DNA from: Gemmatimonadota bacterium
Lineage (GTDB): Bacteria > Latescibacterota > UBA2968 > UBA8231
Assembly: GCA_002712305.1 (NCBI GenBank)
Contig: PATE01000063.1
Span: 54,984 to 118,983, forward strand
Length of the DNA: 64,000 nucleotides
Direction of reading: 5' to 3'
A program made the position numbers and the translations under genes. Shown one piece after another: positions 1-8,240 of the stretch (the first letter of the stretch is position 1; each line of letters opens with the position of its first letter). The notes below the pieces were generated by a model. It was not told the DNA's origin. It ran no database searches and worked only from the letters and a program-made list of their open reading frames with translations.

Positions 1-2237
1 AAGGTGAAGTCATTGCTGATCTCCTGTGAGCCCACATAATCAGTGAACATGCTCGCCGAGTGGTTTCCCAGTAGATCACTCATGCTCAGGTGGGCGATTC
101 CGGAGAGGAATCCAGAGTAGTATCCCATCTGCAGCGATACACCATCGAACTCCAGCTTCGGTCTGTATCGACGCCGAGGAAGTCCGTCCACATTGTAGGC
201 GTCGTCGAAGAAACTGGAGAGTTCGATCGCCGCCGGATTACCGTGGTTCACCGTGGGTGGCGTGGCTGATGCAGCTGTCTCGTTGAGATCGGTGCGTGTG
301 TCAGCCAGTTTCACCGCCGTTTGTCCCCGCGCCTTCTGTGCCAGCAGAGCCACTGCTTCGTCGAGGCCTAACCGAGGCGTTGTCGTCGAGTCCATCTCGG
401 TCGGAGCTGATTCGGTCTCTTCCTCGAACTCGTCGTCGACGCGAGGCACAGGAGCGACACCACCAGAACGAGCCGCCAGCGTCTCATCCTGGCGTCGGAT
501 CTCGGGCCAGGAGGGCATGTCCATCAGGTAGAGTTCCCGCCGGCCGTGGTAGTATGTACTCATCACCAGCTGCTTGCCGTCGGGCGACAGTCGAGGCGCC
601 ATGATGCCACTGACGGTCTGTGTCAGGCGATACTCCCGATCCTGTTCGAGGTGGTAGACGAACAGATCATTGATGCCCTCCCGTGTCGATACGAAGAGAA
701 TCTTGTTGCCTGCGGGGAGCCACTCGGGCCACAAATCGTCGGTCGGAGTTGCCACCAGTGTAGAAACGGTATCGTTTTCGAAATTGTAGGCGCGGATATC
801 GAATTGGTGGCCCTGCTTGGCGCTGTAGGCGAGGTAACGCCCGTCGGGGCTGAAGGAGGGATAGCTGTCGCGCTGTGGCGTACCGGTGATCTGCTGCAAC
901 TCACCAGTGAGGGTATCGACGACGTAGATATCGCTCTGGCCATAGCCTGTTCCGACGAAGGCCAATCTCCCGCTGGTGGGGTCAAAATCGAGACCCTCGA
1001 TGACTTCCACGCCCTCAAACTGAAAGGCCTTGCCCAGTTCCTTGTCGTACAGATCCCACAGCAGAATGCGATCAGCGGGTCCGGCCTTGGCGACGAACGC
1101 GATCGTGCGACCGTCTGCGCCCCAGGCAACCGTACCATCGTTGAAGGTCAGATCGTCATACTGGCGCGTCCGCATTCCACTGCTGACACGCTCGACAAGC
1201 TTGCCACTGCTGATGCGGATAATGTCGACATGCTGCTCGACACCATCGGTGCTGAGGACGGCGAGCATGTCACCGCCTAAAGACCAGTCTGGTGAGGTAT
1301 ACAGCCCAAAGAAATCGTCGGACTCAATGATCCGTTCAGCGAACTCGGACACGTAGTCACGGGTCTGCAGCAGAGGCCAGTACTTCTTGCGCATGTGTGC
1401 TTGCCAGCGCTCATCGAGGGACTCCATATCCATGTCGATGAGGCGTTCAAGCAAACGGTCCGATCCACTTTGTCGATCCCAAGCACGCAACAACCGGCTC
1501 ACCTTCTCAGGGCCGAAATTGTCGGCGATATACTCGATGAGACTGTGGCTCTGCTTGTAGGCGAGGAACGGATTTGGCAGATAGTGCCAGCTGGCATCCA
1601 TGACCTCGAGTGGAATCAGGCCGTCGGTGAGAACGGCATCACGCAGGACCATTTCATCGACAGTGTTCATCTCCTGCGTCGAATACTCGGCCATGCCTTC
1701 CATAATCCACGTGGGTGGACTGGCAATCGGATTCGAGATGCGACGCACGGGGCCCCGGTTGACGACATCGTATTGGAAGATGTGCATCAACTCGTGAGTG
1801 AGGACGTTGTTGAAATCATCCAGATCCCCATTGAAGGGGATGACCATCCGGTATCTCAGCGGCTCTGCAAAGCCGGCAACACCGGGGGGAAGGAAGGCCT
1901 GGATAATGTTGTTTTGCTGGAACTCGTAGTGCGACTTGAAGATGACGATGGGAGGCTTCGTCGACAGCTCGTGACGCATGATCGTGCTGATATGGCCATA
2001 GGCATCTTCCAGATAACCCACAGCGCGATCGGCGAGATCCTCAAATTCCGGCTCGTAGTGCAGCAGCAGATGCTCACTCTCAACGAAATGCCAATCGAAC
2101 TCCTTGTACCGGACTTTGTTGCGTCCGAATCCCTGCCGCAACTGCGAGGAGACGATATCCTGGGCAATCGATGGCAAGGGCAGCATGAGACAGGCCGCAA
2201 GCAGCACAAGAATGGGACGCAGTCGGGGAAGCATCAT
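1..2237 (-). CDS. secreted multidomain protein: signal peptide + HExxH metallopeptidase-like domain + TolB-type beta-propeller repeats + start of an Omp85/BamA-like barrel; the 3' end runs off the window
   Basis: Manual minus-strand translation from the ATGATG at 2237 stays open to position 1. It is absent from the ORF track because no stop lies in the window. N-terminus MMLPRLRPILVLLAACLMLPLPSIA; THELMHIFQ (HExxH); PSFSPDGRYLAY / PRLSPDGKQLV propeller blades; C-terminal LQMGYYSGF...LLGNH resembles the start of an Omp85 barrel. Confidence 0.6.
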   Translation of the reverse strand, partial: MMLPRLRPILVLLAACLMLPLPSIAQDIVSSQLRQGFGRNKVRYKEFDWHFVESEHLLLHYEPEFEDLADRAVGYLEDAYGHISTIMRHELSTKPPIVIFKSHYEFQQNNIIQAFLPPGVAGFAEPLRYRMVIPFNGDLDDFNNVLTHELMHIFQYDVVNRGPVRRISNPIASPPTWIMEGMAEYSTQEMNTVDEMVLRDAVLTDGLIPLEVMDASWHYLPNPFLAYKQSHSLIEYIADNFGPEKVSRLLRAWDRQSGSDRLLERLIDMDMESLDERWQAHMRKKYWPLLQTRDYVSEFAERIIESDDFFGLYTSPDWSLGGDMLAVLSTDGVEQHVDIIRISSGKLVERVSSGMRTRQYDDLTFNDGTVAWGADGRTIAFVAKAGPADRILLWDLYDKELGKAFQFEGVEVIEGLDFDPTSGRLAFVGTGYGQSDIYVVDTLTGELQQITGTPQRDSYPSFSPDGRYLAYSAKQGHQFDIRAYNFENDTVSTLVATPTDDLWPEWLPAGNKILFVSTREGINDLFVYHLEQDREYRLTQTVSGIMAPRLSPDGKQLVMSTYYHGRRELYLMDMPSWPEIRRQDETLAARSGGVAPVPRVDDEFEEETESAPTEMDSTTTPRLGLDEAVALLAQKARGQTAVKLADTRTDLNETAASATPPTVNHGNPAAIELSSFFDDAYNVDGLPRRRYRPKLEFDGVSLQMGYYSGFLSGIAHLSMSDLLGNHSASMFTDYVGSQEISNDFT

Positions 2238-2257
2238 GCGGTCCTCTCTGTCAGTTC

Positions 2258-3061
2258 TCAATCGTGCACCATGATTCTGAGCAGGTCGTCCGGCTCTTCG
2301 TCTTCGCCGTACTCACTACGTCTACGGACGCGATCCTCTTCCTGAACCCGACTGACCTGTGCCCCGTCGAGTCGACGCAGGTTGCTCTGATAGGCCGTTT
2401 TGCCCGGCTGTAGGGCCAGGGCTCGCTCGTAGGACAGGCGCGCCTGATCGGACTCGCCAAGGCGTTCGTACAGAATCCCAAGATTATTGTGCAGACTCGC
2501 GGCGAGGTTGTCCCGAGCGATGGCCTGTTCCAGGTGTGTGCGTGCCTCGGCCCACATGTCTCGTTCCAGACACCAGAGGGCATAGGCGTTGACCTGCTCA
2601 ACCCGCTCGCGATCCTCTCCGCTGCGTTCGGCGTAAGCATCGCGAAGTAGCTGTCTTTCGTCGTCGCTCAACTCTACGACGGTCGGACGTTCCGGCTCTG
2701 CAGAACGTTTGATCGGGCCGATGCCGTAGATCCGGGGGCCTGCCATGGGAAGCCGCGTTGAGTCTGTGATCGATGCAGAGGCTGCGGTACTCGCCAGTGA
2801 ATCCGATCTGCTCGAGTCGGCTGAGACCTCGGCCGTCACGTCCTGTGCCATCTCGGATGTTGCACTGGCCGGCGTCTCGGCCGGTGTCTCAGCCGGTGTC
2901 TCAGTCTGGGCATCGACGTCGACGGCGGGCGACACGGCCCACCACGGTGGGCTTTGACTCGGACGACGGATGGCTTGCGTACAGCTGGTCCAACCCATGC
3001 TCGCCACAACGAAGGCGGCAACACCAAGGCTCAGAACTCTTTTATGATCGACGAAGGGCAT
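2258..3061 (-). CDS. TPR-repeat protein with N-terminal signal peptide (possible lipoprotein)
   Basis: ORF 2258..3253 trimmed to the ATG at 3061 (MPFVDHKRVLSLGVAAFVVASMGWTSC), which clears the upstream gene. TPR-like AYALWCLERDMWAEARTHLEQAIA...NNLGILYERLGESDQARLSYERALALQP; ETPAETPAETPA low-complexity linker. Confidence 0.6.
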   Translation of the reverse strand: MPFVDHKRVLSLGVAAFVVASMGWTSCTQAIRRPSQSPPWWAVSPAVDVDAQTETPAETPAETPASATSEMAQDVTAEVSADSSRSDSLASTAASASITDSTRLPMAGPRIYGIGPIKRSAEPERPTVVELSDDERQLLRDAYAERSGEDRERVEQVNAYALWCLERDMWAEARTHLEQAIARDNLAASLHNNLGILYERLGESDQARLSYERALALQPGKTAYQSNLRRLDGAQVSRVQEEDRVRRRSEYGEDEEPDDLLRIMVHD

Positions 3062-3158
3062 GGGAGACTTTTCGAAGAATGACCGAATGTGAGGACCGAT
3101 GGGCCTGTCTGGAAATACGGAATATATGCACCAGTAACAAGACAGATGTCCTCCCCAC

Positions 3159-4568
3159 TCAGACGTCGGATGCAGAAGACCGTTCCGGGGGTACAGATGC
3201 TCGTCTCCAGCCACGGAGCAGTTCGAGGGCCAGCAACAGGAAGAACGGGCCATACTGAGCCCACAGGGCCCACGAGGCTGGCTCCCAAGCGCCAGTGAGT
3301 CGGTATCCCGTCAGAACCTCGTAGGACAGGAGAATCGTCCAACTCCACACGACCCAGGCCGGTCGCGGAAACAGCGGGAGAAAGGGCAATACCCAGATCA
3401 GATACCATGGATGGACCGTCGGAGAAATTACGATGTATGCACCAAGCAGACAGAAGCTGATTCGCACCGGGTCTCGCCACCGAAGCGCCCAGATCAGGAT
3501 CCCAAACCAGAGAAAGGCACAGACCTGCCGTGCAACCAGAAGAGCTCCGTCATCCCATTTGAGGCTGCGATCACGAAGCACCTCATAAACGAGAGCGAAG
3601 ACGCCATCGTTGAAGCGCCACTTGAGGGCATATGTCTGCAGACCGCGAAACAGATCGGTACCATCTGTCATGAACAGGGCATAACCCGCCGCCACCACAC
3701 CGATGGTCAGCATCAGAGGGGCTCGAGGTCGCGGATCAAACCAGCTCCACGGACCCGACCCCTGCCAATGACGCCAGTATGCAGCCGCGCACATGGCTGG
3801 AATCAGTTTTGACAGGATTGCAGCACCCAGGGCGACAGCGGCCCAGCCACGCCGGGATCGAACGACCCACAAAAGGCTGGCCATCAGCGCCGCCACACTC
3901 AGGGCATCCACATGGCCTGACCCGGCGATCTCGAGCACGGGCAGCGGATGCCATGCATACAACAGAATCCAGCCTGGATCCCGTCGCCGGAAGCCGAGCA
4001 ATCCCAGCACTGCATAGACCACCACGGCTTCGCACAGCAGCAGTGCGACTTTCAGCCCGAGGACACCGCCACCGATTCCGACGACGATGGCGAACATCCA
4101 CTGGGCCAGGGGAGGATACACGGTGGGCACCTGGCGATGGTTGATCTGTTCCCAGGTCTCATGTCTCAGGTGCGACACTGATGGGTCGTCAGGTGCATAT
4201 GCGTAGGGATTGATCCCAGCATTTTGCACACGGCCATCCCACAGATACCGATAGATGTCGTCAGACAGTGTGGGTTCCGTCGTCAGCAGGGCCAAACGCA
4301 TAATGACGGCCACCGACAGGATGACGGATATCGGAAGGCGTGTCGTGTGCCTCACACACCAAGCACCAAGTGCATAACCCGTCAGGCCCACGAGACACCA
4401 GATCCACATCTGACCAACGTGATCGGCGAGATTTCCCACGGTGCACAGACCGATCGATGCGAGCACACACAACAGCGCGGCCAGCCACATCAGTCGAGAC
4501 GGAGAGGGAGAAGCGTGCGCTGGATCCGCACCAAGTTCAGTCGAGAAGGATGCGGCGGGCGCCGGCAT
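3159..4568 (-). CDS. GT-C fold polytopic membrane glycosyltransferase (DUF2029/GT87-like)
   Basis: 481-aa ORF with many TM segments; DDIYRYLWDGR acidic loop motif after TM1, typical of GT-C / DUF2029 mannosyltransferase-like proteins. The start is uncertain (ATG at 4568 or 4490). Confidence 0.55.
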   Translation of the reverse strand: MPAPAASFSTELGADPAHASPSPSRLMWLAALLCVLASIGLCTVGNLADHVGQMWIWCLVGLTGYALGAWCVRHTTRLPISVILSVAVIMRLALLTTEPTLSDDIYRYLWDGRVQNAGINPYAYAPDDPSVSHLRHETWEQINHRQVPTVYPPLAQWMFAIVVGIGGGVLGLKVALLLCEAVVVYAVLGLLGFRRRDPGWILLYAWHPLPVLEIAGSGHVDALSVAALMASLLWVVRSRRGWAAVALGAAILSKLIPAMCAAAYWRHWQGSGPWSWFDPRPRAPLMLTIGVVAAGYALFMTDGTDLFRGLQTYALKWRFNDGVFALVYEVLRDRSLKWDDGALLVARQVCAFLWFGILIWALRWRDPVRISFCLLGAYIVISPTVHPWYLIWVLPFLPLFPRPAWVVWSWTILLSYEVLTGYRLTGAWEPASWALWAQYGPFFLLLALELLRGWRRASVPPERSSASDV

Positions 4569-5106
4569 AGCGCTTGTCGAAGTAGGAAGATCCGAGCGGA
4601 TCAATCACCGCCCCTCGACTTGAACTGGCATGGGCAAAGCGCCCGTCGCCCACATAGATGCCCACATGGGAAATGCCAGGTCCGGAGTCGTCGATACGGA
4701 AAAAGACGAGGTCGCCTGCTCGCAGAGCCTGCCGGTCCATGGGTTTACCGAGCTGGTACATCTGGCGAGAGGTCCGAGGAAGTTCCACGCCATAGGCTTC
4801 ACGCAAGACAGCTCGTGTCAGAGCCGAGCAGTCCATTCCCTGGCGGGTCGTGCCTCCCCACAGATAAGGAACGCCTATATAGCTGTCGATGACCTTCATC
4901 AAGCGGCGGTCGCCGCCCTGCAGCCGAGCGTGCTGGCGCGTGGCCAGTTCAGGACCGACCGCTTCCTCCTGACCAGACCCCGTCGAGGCAACCCCCGTAT
5001 ACCGAGGCGCCGGGGAGATTCCGGCGCATGCCCCAAGCAACAGACACGCGGCAACAGACAACCGTCGACGGATTCTCTTCGTCGTTGTATTCGTTCGGAG
5101 ATTCAT
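4537..5106 (-). CDS. NlpC/P60 family (C40) cell-wall peptidase lipoprotein
   Basis: Trimmed to the ATG at 5106 (MNLRTNTTTKRIRRRLSVAACLLLGAC lipobox). P60 core GVPYLWGG...GMDCSALTRAV...HVGIYVGDGRFAHA. Confidence 0.85.
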   Translation of the reverse strand: MNLRTNTTTKRIRRRLSVAACLLLGACAGISPAPRYTGVASTGSGQEEAVGPELATRQHARLQGGDRRLMKVIDSYIGVPYLWGGTTRQGMDCSALTRAVLREAYGVELPRTSRQMYQLGKPMDRQALRAGDLVFFRIDDSGPGISHVGIYVGDGRFAHASSSRGAVIDPLGSSYFDKRYAGARRILLD

Positions 5107-5231
5107 GAGGAAGTAGATCAACATTCTAAGGTAACCGGCATCTTGTCGAACGGGCAATCGAATCAATGGGTCTGAGCTTGACGAAGGCGGCGGTCCAACT
5201 CAGGTTGCGCACTGATAAACAGACGTTTGAA

Positions 5232-5245
5232 GCCTGATATCAGGC
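5232..5245. promoter_or_regulatory. perfect 14-bp palindrome GCCTGATATCAGGC 22 bp upstream of the Gfo/Idh/MocA start
   Basis: Seen directly in sequence. Lies in the divergent region between nlpC/P60 and the oxidoreductase. Confidence 0.35.
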
Positions 5246-5266
5246 TCCCGGCTTGAAAGGACCCCC

Positions 5267-6286
5267 ATGCCACATCGGATCGCCTTCATTGGTTTTCGCC
5301 ACGGTCATATCCTCTCGCTGTATGATGCAGCTCAGCAGCGCGACGATCTCGAGATTGTAGCCGCCTGCGAGGAGCACTCGTCCACGCGAGCAGACCTGAC
5401 CGATTCGGGCCGAGTCGAATTCACCCACGATTCTGCCACGGATCTGCTGCGCGATAGCGACTGCGACATCGTCGCCGTGGGAGATACCTATGCTCGGCGA
5501 GGCAGCCTGCTCCTTGCCGCCCTGGAGGCTGGTCGGCATGTCATTGCCGACAAGCCGGCGTGCACTCGTCTCTCTGAAGTGCATCAAATCGAAGAGGCGG
5601 CGGCAGAAAGTGGCCTGCAGGTGGGATGCATGCTCACCATGCGCGACAGTCGATTTATGCGCACGACGCGACGATTGGTGATGGAAGGTGCCATCGGCGA
5701 GGTCCATGCGCTTCAATTCGGTGGACAACACCCACTGCTTCTGGGCTCACGTCCTGACTGGTATTTCGAACCGGGCGAACACGGCGGAACGATCAATGAC
5801 ATCGGCATACACGCCATCGACGCCATTCCCTGGGTAAGTGGCCATCAGATCGCAAGGATCGAGGCAGCTCGATGTTGGAATGCCTTTGCTCCACAGTACC
5901 CCCACTTCGGCGATGGGGCCCAGATGATGCTGACCCTCGACAACGGAGCCGGTGTGATGGGGGACGTGTCCTACTTCGCGCCCGACGCCCCCGGCTACAG
6001 CATGTTCTACTACTGGCGCATGACCTGGTGGGGTCGGGAGGGTGTCCTGGAGGCGGGCGTAAACCTGCCGACCGTGCACCTGTTGCGAGCTGACGACAAG
6101 GAGGGAGAACATCTGCCTCTCGATGAAGGCGGCGACAACTACCTCGACGCCTTTCTGCGAAGCGTCGATGGAGAACCCGCAACGGACGGCGCGCTCACGA
6201 CGGCCCAGGTGATCGCTTCCTCGCGACAGGCCATTCGGATTCAGGCCGCCGCCGATGCCGGCGAGACGTCCGTCGATCTCGCTTAG
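5267..6286 (+). CDS. Gfo/Idh/MocA family NAD(P)-dependent oxidoreductase
   Basis: N-terminal Rossmann IAFIGFRHGH, EAGRHVIADKP motif; 339 aa. Confidence 0.8.
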   Translation: MPHRIAFIGFRHGHILSLYDAAQQRDDLEIVAACEEHSSTRADLTDSGRVEFTHDSATDLLRDSDCDIVAVGDTYARRGSLLLAALEAGRHVIADKPACTRLSEVHQIEEAAAESGLQVGCMLTMRDSRFMRTTRRLVMEGAIGEVHALQFGGQHPLLLGSRPDWYFEPGEHGGTINDIGIHAIDAIPWVSGHQIARIEAARCWNAFAPQYPHFGDGAQMMLTLDNGAGVMGDVSYFAPDAPGYSMFYYWRMTWWGREGVLEAGVNLPTVHLLRADDKEGEHLPLDEGGDNYLDAFLRSVDGEPATDGALTTAQVIASSRQAIRIQAAADAGETSVDLA

Positions 6287-7251
6287 ATCATCTCACCCCG
6301 GGCGGTGTCCAACAGGTTGTTGAAATCGTCGGGAGGCGGGCATGTAAACTCCACGTGACGGCCATCGGGGTGCTCAAACCCCAGAAGCCGGGCGTGGAGT
6401 GCTTGCCGATCGATGCGAGCTAACAAATGCCGCGCCATAGGTCGCAGAGCTGGATCTATCCCATTAACTTGGGTGCGCCCCCCGTAGACCGGGTCACCGA
6501 ACACCGGATGACCCACGTGCTGTAAGTGCACGCGGATCTGGTGGGTTCGACCGGTTTCCAGTCGGACATCGATCTGCGTCGCCATCGAGAATCGATCACC
6601 TGGCGACACATGTGTCACCGCGTGTCGACCGTCCGGTACGACGGCCATGCGGAGCCGGTCCTTTGGGTGACGGGCAAGGCGGGCCTCGATGCGAAGGGCG
6701 TCGTCAACTCGCCCCCACACGACAGCAATGTATCGACGGACCATCTGCCGTTCCTCCAACTGTGCCGCCAGGACCCGATGGGCCTCATCGTTCTTGGCGA
6801 CCACCAGAAGACCTGTCGTGTCCCGGTCGAGACGATGGACGATTCCGGGCCGCAAGACGCCGTTGATTCCTGATAGATCCTTGCAGTGGTGGAGCAGGGC
6901 ATTGACCAGCGTCCCCGAGGGTGTGCCGGGCGCAGGATGGACGGCCATGCCCGACGGTTTATCAACCACCAGAAGCGCCTCGTCCTCGTAGACGACATCG
7001 AGAGGCAGGTCCTGAGCCTCAGCGCCCAATTCGACCGGCTTTGGGACACGAAGTTCCACCGTGTCTCCCGATCGAACGCGATAGCTGGACCGAACGTGGG
7101 CACCATTGACCGACACGTCACCATCTGCGATCAATCCCTGCAATCGGCTGCGTGACAGGTCCTCATGACGCGATTGCAGAAACACATCCAATCGCAAAGA
7201 TGCTTCGGCATCGTCAACGGTATGCAGCTTGGTGATGGGAACCGATGACAC
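6283..7251 (-). CDS. rluD: 23S rRNA pseudouridine synthase RluD (S4 + RluA catalytic domain)
   Basis: N-terminal S4 domain (RLDVFLQ), catalytic HRLDRDTTGLLVVAK, C-terminal HQIRVHL. Confidence 0.85.
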   Translation of the reverse strand: MSSVPITKLHTVDDAEASLRLDVFLQSRHEDLSRSRLQGLIADGDVSVNGAHVRSSYRVRSGDTVELRVPKPVELGAEAQDLPLDVVYEDEALLVVDKPSGMAVHPAPGTPSGTLVNALLHHCKDLSGINGVLRPGIVHRLDRDTTGLLVVAKNDEAHRVLAAQLEERQMVRRYIAVVWGRVDDALRIEARLARHPKDRLRMAVVPDGRHAVTHVSPGDRFSMATQIDVRLETGRTHQIRVHLQHVGHPVFGDPVYGGRTQVNGIDPALRPMARHLLARIDRQALHARLLGFEHPDGRHVEFTCPPPDDFNNLLDTARGEMI

Positions 7252-7275
7252 AGGCAGCTCCCGCGTCGGAGTGGA

Positions 7276-7806
7276 TCAGTCGTTGCCGTCGCCCACGGAG
7301 TCTACCGGTGGCTCGACAGCCGGTGGCTCTGCGGCGGGCGTTTCTTCGGTGGGCTCGGCGACGCGAGAATAGGTGAGAGCAAGCACCAGAACACCGACGG
7401 TCACGAACGAATCGGCCACATTGAAGACGGGCCACCGCAAGTCACCGAAGCCAACATCGACGAAGTCGATCACTTCGTGGAGTCGAATCCGATCGACGAT
7501 GTTGCCAATAGCACCTCCCAAAACCATGGCCAGAGCCGAGCGCTGTAATCGCGCATTTGCAGGGAGCGTGTACAACATCCAACCGAGAAGACCGAGGGCG
7601 GCGATGGCGATCACCGTGTGGACGACAGGGCTGCCAAGGTTGAGGCCGAAAGCAGCACCCCGATTGTGGATGTAGGTCAGGCGGACCAGATCACCGAGGA
7701 CCGGCTGAGGGTCATAGGGCGGCAGGGTGGACACGACCACCAACTTCGTGACCTGATCCAGGACCAGCGCCAAAGGGACCCACAGTAGATCCGTCCAAGG
7801 ACGCAC
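7276..7806 (-). CDS. lspA: lipoprotein signal peptidase II
   Basis: 176 aa, 4 TM; conserved NRGAAFG and FNVADS motifs; immediately downstream of ileS as in many bacteria. Confidence 0.9.
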   Translation of the reverse strand: MRPWTDLLWVPLALVLDQVTKLVVVSTLPPYDPQPVLGDLVRLTYIHNRGAAFGLNLGSPVVHTVIAIAALGLLGWMLYTLPANARLQRSALAMVLGGAIGNIVDRIRLHEVIDFVDVGFGDLRWPVFNVADSFVTVGVLVLALTYSRVAEPTEETPAAEPPAVEPPVDSVGDGND

Positions 7807-7809
7807 GAT

Positions 7810-8187
7810 TCAGTCCTTGGCCTTGTCGTCCTTGCTCTTGCACTCGATGCACTGTGGCGCTGTGGGCACGGCCTCAAGACGTGCGCGGCCAATCTCGCCA
7901 CCACACGTGCGACATGTGCCGAAGCGGCCGTCTTCTACCCGCTGCAGCGCTTCATCCAGGTAGTCGATATAGCTGCCTTCGCGTTGAGCGAAGAGGAGGT
8001 TCTTCTCTCGCTCCATCGCATCGGTGCCCCGATCAGCCATGTGCAGGGAATACGCCGAGCGGTCTTCTGCGGACTCCTGGGCGTCGGCGCTGCGCGAGAC
8101 ACGCTCGAATTCCTGCAGATCACCTGCAGCCTGTTCTCGTCGTTCCAACAACAGCTTCTTGAAGAAATCCAGGTCTTCCTGGTTCAT
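7810..8187 (-). CDS. DksA/TraR family C4-type zinc-finger protein
   Basis: 125 aa, coiled-coil N-terminus, CRTCGGEI...CIEC C4 zinc finger. Confidence 0.8.
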   Translation of the reverse strand: MNQEDLDFFKKLLLERREQAAGDLQEFERVSRSADAQESAEDRSAYSLHMADRGTDAMEREKNLLFAQREGSYIDYLDEALQRVEDGRFGTCRTCGGEIGRARLEAVPTAPQCIECKSKDDKAKD

Positions 8188-8240
8188 CGATTCACTTTCT
8201 CAGGTTCCAATGTGCGATTCGACTCGATTACGTGAATCGA

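Noticed and set aside
546-2345. Plus-strand ORFs 546..1280 (244 aa) and 1395..2345 (316 aa)
   Set aside because: They lie antisense to the manually translated minus-strand HExxH/propeller gene, which has clear motifs and a signal peptide. Their own translations have no motifs and a biased composition.
2871-2909. 12-nt x3 tandem repeat GCCGGTGTCTCA
   Set aside because: It simply encodes the ETPAETPAETPA low-complexity linker of the TPR protein. It is in-frame and unremarkable, though it could vary in copy number.
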